A DNA stretch of 64,000 bases, from the IMG/VR virus record IMGVR_UViG_3300010389_000001, positions 168,534 through 232,533 of that record; one strand, given 5' to 3'. Shown in pieces: positions 57,724-64,000 of this stretch. Made by a program: the position numbers and the translations under genes. Each line of letters begins with the position of its first letter. Position 1 is the first letter of the stretch. The notes under the pieces were generated by a model. The model searched no databases. It was not told the DNA's origin and was given only the letters and a program-made list of their open reading frames with translations.

Positions 57724-59213
57724 TGATTGTTCTAGATTTAAAAAATAAAAAAGACTGGAATATGAATGGCGTAAACTGTGAATCTAGCGTAAAAATGAAT
57801 AATAAAGGTTATTTTTATTCATTTATTGATAAGCCTGGTGAATACGAGTTTCGTATATTATCAAAAAATATTTCAGGTAATGGTCTTTTTTATTTAAGGG
57901 TAGTTAGCGAAAAAGATAAAATATTGTTCAATAAAAAGATAAAGTTTACATCAAAAAGCTGGAATGAATCAATCTTTAAAATAAGCTTAAAAGACTTTGG
58001 CAAAAAAGCAAAAGTCCTGATAACAAGAGAGCTTGACGGAATTGGCAGGATAGAAATCGGAAGACTTACCGTTAAGATTTCGGAAGAAGTTCTTCCGAAG
58101 GAATCTAAAAGACAAAAATCTATAGCGGACAATAAGCTTATAAGATGCGAGTCTGCAGTTCGCGCTGCAGTCATTATTCCATATGCAATATACGGCGGAG
58201 CAGAAGTTTATTTAAGAAATTTATTCTGCCACAGACCTGCTGGACTAGAGGTAGATTTTTTATTTTTAAAACCAAATAAGTTATCAGATTATCTAAAAGA
58301 ATATGACTGCTTTAATCTTGGAAGCTTAAGCAAATTGAAGCATCAGCTGATAAAAGAAAATTATGATAAAATTATTTACTACAACAGCAAAAGTGTATAT
58401 TCTTTTATTTTAAATTTAAAGCAGAATAATCTTATTTGCTCCGATTTAATAGAAATATATCATAGCAATTTTAAGTGGTCTGATTCATTATCTTCGCTAA
58501 ACTCAAGGAGCGGCATATCCAAGATAATTAGAGTTGCTGATAATCTGTGCAATGATATTTCCGGAGACTTTAGCCTAAAAACAATACCTGTAAGCATAGA
58601 TGTTGAAAAATATAAGCCGAAAGACTCCCCGATCAAAGAGCTTATTGGGGAAGGAGAAGGGGGCATGCTCTTTGGGATGGTTGCTCGCCTGTCTCCCGAA
58701 AAGAATATATCGTATGCTATCGATTTATTTAAGCGATTGAGCAATCATAGGCTGATTGTAATCGGAGATGGCCCGTTGCGCAATAGTCTCAAAGAAAAAA
58801 TAGTCAAAGAAAAAATTGATAATGTAAAGCTTATTGGTTACAAAGAAAATGTTTATGAATATTATAATTTATTAGATGTTTTTTTGCTTACCTCAAAGTT
58901 TGAAGGAACGCCAATATCTATAATTGAAGCTATGTCGTATAATCTTCCTATATTTACAACGGATGTCGGAGAAATAAGAGCTTCTCTATCTTATGTAGAA
59001 GGAATAGGTTATCTAACCGGGGAGTTGGATGAGGATGCGAAAATGATAAGTGATTTTAAATTTGATGAATCTATAAATTGTAGAGAGTGGGTCCTAAAAA
59101 ATAATAATTCACTTATTAATTCGAGCATGTTCTTTGGCGAGATAATTGGAAATTCTCTAACTTACTCAGAGTTAGATTTATCTTTGCCAATTTTAAGCGG
59201 AGCTTATTTTTAA
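57723..59213 (+). CDS. GT4-like glycosyltransferase with an extra N-terminal beta-sandwich region (2 of 7)
   Basis: YGGAEVY, VARLSPEKNI, LTSKFEGTPISIIEAMSY. Start placed at ATG 57723 (TAATG overlap) rather than the tracked TTG 57687. Confidence 0.85.
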   Translation: MIVLDLKNKKDWNMNGVNCESSVKMNNKGYFYSFIDKPGEYEFRILSKNISGNGLFYLRVVSEKDKILFNKKIKFTSKSWNESIFKISLKDFGKKAKVLITRELDGIGRIEIGRLTVKISEEVLPKESKRQKSIADNKLIRCESAVRAAVIIPYAIYGGAEVYLRNLFCHRPAGLEVDFLFLKPNKLSDYLKEYDCFNLGSLSKLKHQLIKENYDKIIYYNSKSVYSFILNLKQNNLICSDLIEIYHSNFKWSDSLSSLNSRSGISKIIRVADNLCNDISGDFSLKTIPVSIDVEKYKPKDSPIKELIGEGEGGMLFGMVARLSPEKNISYAIDLFKRLSNHRLIVIGDGPLRNSLKEKIVKEKIDNVKLIGYKENVYEYYNLLDVFLLTSKFEGTPISIIEAMSYNLPIFTTDVGEIRASLSYVEGIGYLTGELDEDAKMISDFKFDESINCREWVLKNNNSLINSSMFFGEIIGNSLTYSELDLSLPILSGAYF

Positions 59214-60310
59214 TGACCCAGAGATCAATAAGATTATTCGGTAATCCCCAGGATTTTACAGGATATGGAAACGCCACTCAGGCTATATCCATGGCCCTTG
59301 ATTTATCCGGGATACCGACAAAGTATGTCTTCTCTGGGCCAAATAAGCATTTCTCAAAAAAGCTTCGTCAACATAACTGTAAACCTGATGTTGATTTATA
59401 CATACAAACTCCCCCATTTTCTAGGCACAGGTCTCTGAATTATAGAATTGGGTATTTTTACTGGGAAACGGATAAACTACCGAACTTGTGGGCTAAAGAC
59501 ATAAAGACAAGTCTGGATGAGATATGGGCTCCATGCCAACTTGTAAAAGATGTTTGCTTAAAGGCCGGCTTCAAGGGTCCAATTAAAATAATTCCTACGC
59601 CAGCTCTGAGCCCCACGTCAAGCTCTAAAATACAAATTCCATCTAAATTTAAAAATTTAGTTTTAGATGAAAGCGTATTTAAATTTTATTCAATTTTTCA
59701 ATGGAATGAGCGAAAAGGATATCATAAGTTAATAAAAAGTTATTATGAAGAATTTTCATCTAAAGATAATGTGATCTTGATCCTAAAGGTTAATCCAATT
59801 AACCATAAGCTTCACGGAATGCAAAAAATAAAAGATGATATTTTAAAAATAAGATCGCTAGTTAAGAGGTCAAAAAAAGATTTACCAAAAATCTTCTTGT
59901 CCACAGATCATATCGATCGCCATCTTTTAGACGCTCTACATCATACTTGTGATGCGTTCGTTCTCCCTCACCATGGAGAGGGGTGGGGTATGCCAATACA
60001 TGATGCAATCAACCATAATAATTTTATAATTACAACGAAGTATGGAGGAGTAACTGAATGGCTAAATAATGAGAACTCCTTTATAATAAAGCATTCTATG
60101 ACAGCCGCAAAGTCCATGAATTGGAATCCATGGTATGAGCCAAGTCAAAGGTGGGCAAATCCAAGTGCCAATAGCTTAAAGAGGCAGATGAGAAGCTGCT
60201 ATGAAGACAGAAATAACTTTGATTATAAGAAGGAAAATCTAAATCAAATTACTAATTTATTTACTATAGATAAGTGCGCTCTTAATATTAAGAAAGCATT
60301 AGAAGCGTAG
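59213..60310 (+). CDS. GT4-like glycosyltransferase (3 of 7)
   Basis: TGYGNAT, FYWETDKLP, QWNERKGYHKLI, LPHHGEGWGMPIHDA; paralogous to 56641..57723. Confidence 0.88.
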   Translation: MTQRSIRLFGNPQDFTGYGNATQAISMALDLSGIPTKYVFSGPNKHFSKKLRQHNCKPDVDLYIQTPPFSRHRSLNYRIGYFYWETDKLPNLWAKDIKTSLDEIWAPCQLVKDVCLKAGFKGPIKIIPTPALSPTSSSKIQIPSKFKNLVLDESVFKFYSIFQWNERKGYHKLIKSYYEEFSSKDNVILILKVNPINHKLHGMQKIKDDILKIRSLVKRSKKDLPKIFLSTDHIDRHLLDALHHTCDAFVLPHHGEGWGMPIHDAINHNNFIITTKYGGVTEWLNNENSFIIKHSMTAAKSMNWNPWYEPSQRWANPSANSLKRQMRSCYEDRNNFDYKKENLNQITNLFTIDKCALNIKKALEA

Positions 60311-60316
60311 TTCGTT

Positions 60317-61252
60317 ATGTCAAAAAGATATATTATAGCAGATTGGCTAGTGCATGGCGGTCATCAATATGAGTTTTTTAAAACTGGGCATGACTTCTTC
60401 TGCGCTAACCCGGATGGCTCCGCGCCTGATCCAAAGTCATTGGGCCGACCGATAAATGAAAATGTGAAGTATGTAAAACAAAGCGCTCTTCAGGAAAAGA
60501 GGGTTTCCATTATAATGGTAAGAAGCCCTATTAAGGCAGAAAAGTACAATCGCCTTAGAGGAAAGTACGCCTTTAATAAGCCTCCTGGTATTGCGGTAGT
60601 GCAGACAACAAATCCTTTTGTTCCACCAAGATGGGTGCGATGCGTTGTGTGGAACTCTGAGCATTGTATGAAGTTACATTCTAAAGCAATCGGTTGGGCA
60701 AAGCACTTCTATATTCCGCACGGCTTTGATCCGAATGAATTTAGCAACCTGGGGCTGCAGAGAAATGGCAAAATGCTCGGCGCAGGAAGCCTGTATAGGC
60801 AAAGAGACAATCTATTGGGTTATCGCGAATGGAGGTGGGTTGCAGATCGTCTAAAGGATCGCTGCGCCCTCATAGGGCACGGAAATGACGACCCAGAGTC
60901 AATAGGCAGCCACTCTCTCGATCGCTTGGTAAAGATATATAATGAGCATTCCGTATTTCTAAATACAACAAAACATAGTGCTATGCCGAGAACCAGAGCG
61001 GAGGCCATGATGTGCGGCATGCCGCTTGTTTCTACCGCAAATTATGGTATAGAAAAATATCTTATAAACGGAAAAAATTGTATTATAGCAAATGGCAAGC
61101 AGGATATGCTAGAGGGAGTGAAAAAGATATTGGACTCGCCTTCGATGCAGGAAGATTTTTCTTCGGCCTCAAGAGAAACTGCTTTAAAATACTTTCATAT
61201 AAATGAGTATCTTAATAGATGGAAACAAGTTTTTGAAGAGGCTTTAAAATGA
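60317..61252 (+). CDS. GT-B glycosyltransferase (4 of 7)
   Basis: YIPHGFD, FLNTTKHSAMPRTRAEAMMCGMPLVST, LINGKNCII, RWKQVF. Confidence 0.82.
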   Translation: MSKRYIIADWLVHGGHQYEFFKTGHDFFCANPDGSAPDPKSLGRPINENVKYVKQSALQEKRVSIIMVRSPIKAEKYNRLRGKYAFNKPPGIAVVQTTNPFVPPRWVRCVVWNSEHCMKLHSKAIGWAKHFYIPHGFDPNEFSNLGLQRNGKMLGAGSLYRQRDNLLGYREWRWVADRLKDRCALIGHGNDDPESIGSHSLDRLVKIYNEHSVFLNTTKHSAMPRTRAEAMMCGMPLVSTANYGIEKYLINGKNCIIANGKQDMLEGVKKILDSPSMQEDFSSASRETALKYFHINEYLNRWKQVFEEALK

Positions 61253-62115
61253 AAAAAATACTGCTTTTAACTGACTCTTATAATTGGGCTACTTATTTTA
61301 GAGCAGTAAATCTTAAGCATAATTTAAAAAACTATGATTTTACAATTCTATCCTTCGAAGATAAGCACAAAGTAGATTTTAATGATTTTGATATTGTTTA
61401 CATAACAAATTGGCCAATATACGGATACGTTCGAGATAAAATTTCTAGCAGAAGAGGCTACAAGCTCGTTACCGGAGTATCAAGTCATATAGGCAGGAAA
61501 AGCGCGCGTGAAATGAGAACATTTTTTTCCTCTTTTGACGCTATAGGTCTTTCAAATAACTTTTTAATGAAAGAATTCGCTAGTGCAAAATTTAAAAAGC
61601 TTGTTTATACGCCATTTGGTGTAAATCATAATATCTTTAATAAAAAAACAAATCCGGCGGACTACAAACACGTATTTGGATGGGTTGGCAATAAAGATAG
61701 GCCGGTAAAGCGATATTCCGAAATAAAAGAAGCAATACAAAGCTTGGGCACAACATATGAGCTGAGAACCGTTGGAAGCTCTAACAATTTTTCCAGGGAA
61801 AAGATGGCAAAATTTTACAACTCTATAGGTACCCTTATTTGCTTCAGCGAATCAGAGGGCACTCCGAATCCAGTATTGGAGGCCGCCATGTGTGGGAGGG
61901 CCATAATTTCTACAAATGTAGGCAATGTTCCTCAGCTGATGTCTAAGGTAAGGGAGTTTACTCCAATAGACTCTAGAAAATCTCTTATAGATCAAATTTT
62001 TGAATATAAGAATAAGAAAGACCTTGCATCTTTCGGGTCAGATATAGAGGCGATTGCGAAAAGGGAGTGGACCTGGGAGAGGCAATCAAAAAGATTCGTA
62101 AAATTATTCGAGTAA
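61249..62115 (+). CDS. GT4-like glycosyltransferase (5 of 7)
   Basis: TPFGVNHNIF, FGWVGN, CFSESEGTPNPVLEAAMCGRAIISTNVG, WTWERQ. Confidence 0.88.
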   Translation: MKKILLLTDSYNWATYFRAVNLKHNLKNYDFTILSFEDKHKVDFNDFDIVYITNWPIYGYVRDKISSRRGYKLVTGVSSHIGRKSAREMRTFFSSFDAIGLSNNFLMKEFASAKFKKLVYTPFGVNHNIFNKKTNPADYKHVFGWVGNKDRPVKRYSEIKEAIQSLGTTYELRTVGSSNNFSREKMAKFYNSIGTLICFSESEGTPNPVLEAAMCGRAIISTNVGNVPQLMSKVREFTPIDSRKSLIDQIFEYKNKKDLASFGSDIEAIAKREWTWERQSKRFVKLFE

Positions 62116-62118
62116 ATC

Positions 62119-63141
62119 ATGCAAAGAATTTTAATTACAAGTACTCAATACCCCTATTATGGCGGTGCGGCAACAAACGCATATGCTTTAATAAAGCATT
62201 TTAGAAAGCTAGGCATAAAAGTATGTGGTACATTTTTCGAAGAGAAAAGCGTAAATGCTGATCCAGACTCTATTGGAGGAGTATTTCTTGCCTCAAAGAA
62301 AGATGTGCAAAGTTGTAAAAAAAAGATAAATCAGTATCTAAAAGGAGAGCCCGATGTTGTGCTTTGCAAAAATTACGTTGCGCCAGTCTTGTCCAGGAAG
62401 ATTTATCCAAATTCAAAAATATTTTACTTAGCTTCTGGCTGTCCCCACATGATGGAGCTATCATCAAAAGATATATCTGCAATTAAATACTTAAAATCAT
62501 CTAGGTCTATAGAATTTGCTGCTGAAAAAAGCGCGATAAAATCTTCTGACTTTATTGTTCCAAATAGCGAAATTGGAAGAAGATTGCTGCAAAAACATTA
62601 TGGCAATTCAAAGAAAATTTTAAACTCATTCAATACATCGCTTGAAATAAATAGAAAGCCCAGATCCATTGAGTTTGATCGTAGAAATTATGACATAGGC
62701 TTTATATGCTCTAATTTTAATAGAACAGTAAAGAACTCAAGATTAGCTTTATCTATTTTTAGTAATTTTAAATCAAATAAAAAAATTGCCATAGGAAATA
62801 ACTCATCTGCTTTTAAATCAGTAGACAGAACTACAGTTATGAACTCTAAAGATAATGACTTTATCATAAGGACTCTTTCACAAACAAAATTGATTATCTG
62901 CCCATCTTATTACGATGCATCACCAAATATCGTGCGAGAAGCTATTTTATGCGGATGCAATGTTTTGGTTTCAAAAAACTGCGGATGGAGTGAGGCTTAC
63001 CCAAGAACAAGCGTGTGTGAAGATATCTATGATAAAAAAGAGTGGGTCGCTAAGGCGAAATTTTTAGTTAAACGAAATGTAAAATATGACTACAAATATA
63101 ATGCAGATATAGTCAGATATCTTGAGGGTGCATTAAAATGA
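62119..63141 (+). CDS. GT-B glycosyltransferase (6 of 7)
   Basis: PYYGGAATN, VPNSE, RTVKNSRL, ICPSYYDASPNIVREAILCGC. Confidence 0.8.
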   Translation: MQRILITSTQYPYYGGAATNAYALIKHFRKLGIKVCGTFFEEKSVNADPDSIGGVFLASKKDVQSCKKKINQYLKGEPDVVLCKNYVAPVLSRKIYPNSKIFYLASGCPHMMELSSKDISAIKYLKSSRSIEFAAEKSAIKSSDFIVPNSEIGRRLLQKHYGNSKKILNSFNTSLEINRKPRSIEFDRRNYDIGFICSNFNRTVKNSRLALSIFSNFKSNKKIAIGNNSSAFKSVDRTTVMNSKDNDFIIRTLSQTKLIICPSYYDASPNIVREAILCGCNVLVSKNCGWSEAYPRTSVCEDIYDKKEWVAKAKFLVKRNVKYDYKYNADIVRYLEGALK

Positions 63142-63952
63142 AAAGAGTTTTATTTATAGTTGATAAGCCGGGCTGGGCCTATGATGATGCAGCTCAAAAT
63201 TGGAAAAGACTACTTTGCAAAGAATATAAAATAGATATTCTACATCTGGCTGAATATGATGGCGTTCGCCCAGATCATAGATTTTACGGACTAATTAAAG
63301 AATATCAAGATTGTGCAATAAATAATCAATCTGCAGATTTAAAAGATTTAATATCAGAAAAAAATTTGTTTTTATGCAAAGGAATTAAGGCAGAGCCAGT
63401 TTTTGATCATAATAATTATGATATAATTTATTTATTTTATCACAGAGCACTATGTGATTCAAGGCTTCTTGCTACACCAATCCCACTTGAAAAAGTTGTA
63501 ATTGCTATAAATAATGAAAAGTGGACAGATCTTGGCGCAAAAAAAGAATATGATACATATATGAAGGGAGTGGGCGGCATTTCTGTATGCAACTCTTTTG
63601 TTGAAAAATCTTTCAGTGGATTAAACCCAAATATTTTTAGAGTCTCTCAATCTATTAACAAAGATGTATTTTTCAAAATAAAAGATAATGCCAAAAGTAA
63701 TCGTTTTATAGCCGGCTGGTCTGGCAATTATAAAAATCCTTTAAAAAATTTTGAACTAATAAAAGAAGCTATTTCAAATACTAAAGCTAGATTTACCTAT
63801 GCGAATAACCTTTCCAGAAAAGAGCTTAACGTATGGTATAATAACATAAACTGCGTGGTATGCGCTAGTGTGTCTGAGGGCGGCCCCCTTATGCTCTTGG
63901 AAGCCGGAGCAGTGGGGCTTCCTGTGATAACCTCTAAAGTTGGGTTGGCTAG
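63138..63952 (+). CDS. GT4-like glycosyltransferase, 3'-truncated (7 of 7; absent from the ORF track)
   Basis: ATGA overlap with the previous gene; my translation reads MKRVLFIVDKPGWAYDD...AGWSGNYKNPLKNF...CASVSEGGPLMLLEAGAVGLPVITSKVGL and then runs into adapter sequence. Confidence 0.85.
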
Positions 63953-64000
63953 CTGTCTCTTATACACATCTCCGAGCCCACGAGACGTAGAGGAATCTCG
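63953..64000 (+). other. Illumina Nextera adapter read-through (technical artefact)
   Basis: CTGTCTCTTATACACATCT (Tn5 mosaic end) + CCGAGCCCACGAGAC + index GTAGAGGA (N712) + ATCTCG (start of the P7 side). Confidence 0.98.

Noticed and set aside
63953-63971. Tn5/IS50 mosaic end as a real transposon end
   Set aside because: It is followed by the Nextera adapter, an index and P7 sequence, and no transposase is present; this is a library artefact.
1-64000. Stop-codon reassignment, as in some jumbo phages
   Set aside because: Multi-kilobase ORFs are intact in the standard code, and TAA, TAG and TGA all end genes at tight junctions (e.g. TAG 28100 and 41857; TGA 9440 and 63141).
1-64000. tRNA, rRNA, CRISPR arrays, self-splicing introns, inteins or a DGR
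   Set aside because: Intergenic gaps are at most ~100 nt; I saw no repeat-spacer arrays, HINT motifs, split genes or reverse transcriptase. This was by eye only, so tRNAscan/Infernal and HINT HMM scans would be decisive.

Overview
The window is a gene-dense, essentially all plus-strand block from a very large (jumbo-type) tailed dsDNA phage with a contractile tail, most likely a metagenomic contig end. Order: small membrane-protein genes (possible lysis cassette), two paralogous tailspike/fibre-like genes, tail completion protein, a 1091-aa tail sheath, a free-standing Zn-ribbon/endonuclease gene, tail tube, a tail-assembly chaperone pair joined by a clear -1 frameshift signal, tape measure, tube initiator, baseplate hub, spike, two unassigned genes (2614 and 678 aa), gp25-like, baseplate J-like, a 3245-aa LamG-bearing wedge protein, a 1521-aa protein with a dockerin-like domain, and seven tandem GT-B glycosyltransferases. 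Shine-Dalgarno sites, intrinsic terminators and stop/start overlaps indicate a bacterial host and the standard genetic code. No head, packaging, replication, tRNA, rRNA or CRISPR features were seen. The last 48 nt are Illumina Nextera adapter, not biology. All product calls come from motif recognition and gene order, without database searches. Best leads: the 2614-aa coiled-coil/hydrophobic/invasin-like protein next to the spike, the glycosyltransferase array abutting the baseplate genes, the dockerin-like domain, the frameshift, and the hairpin that overlaps the endonuclease start signals.
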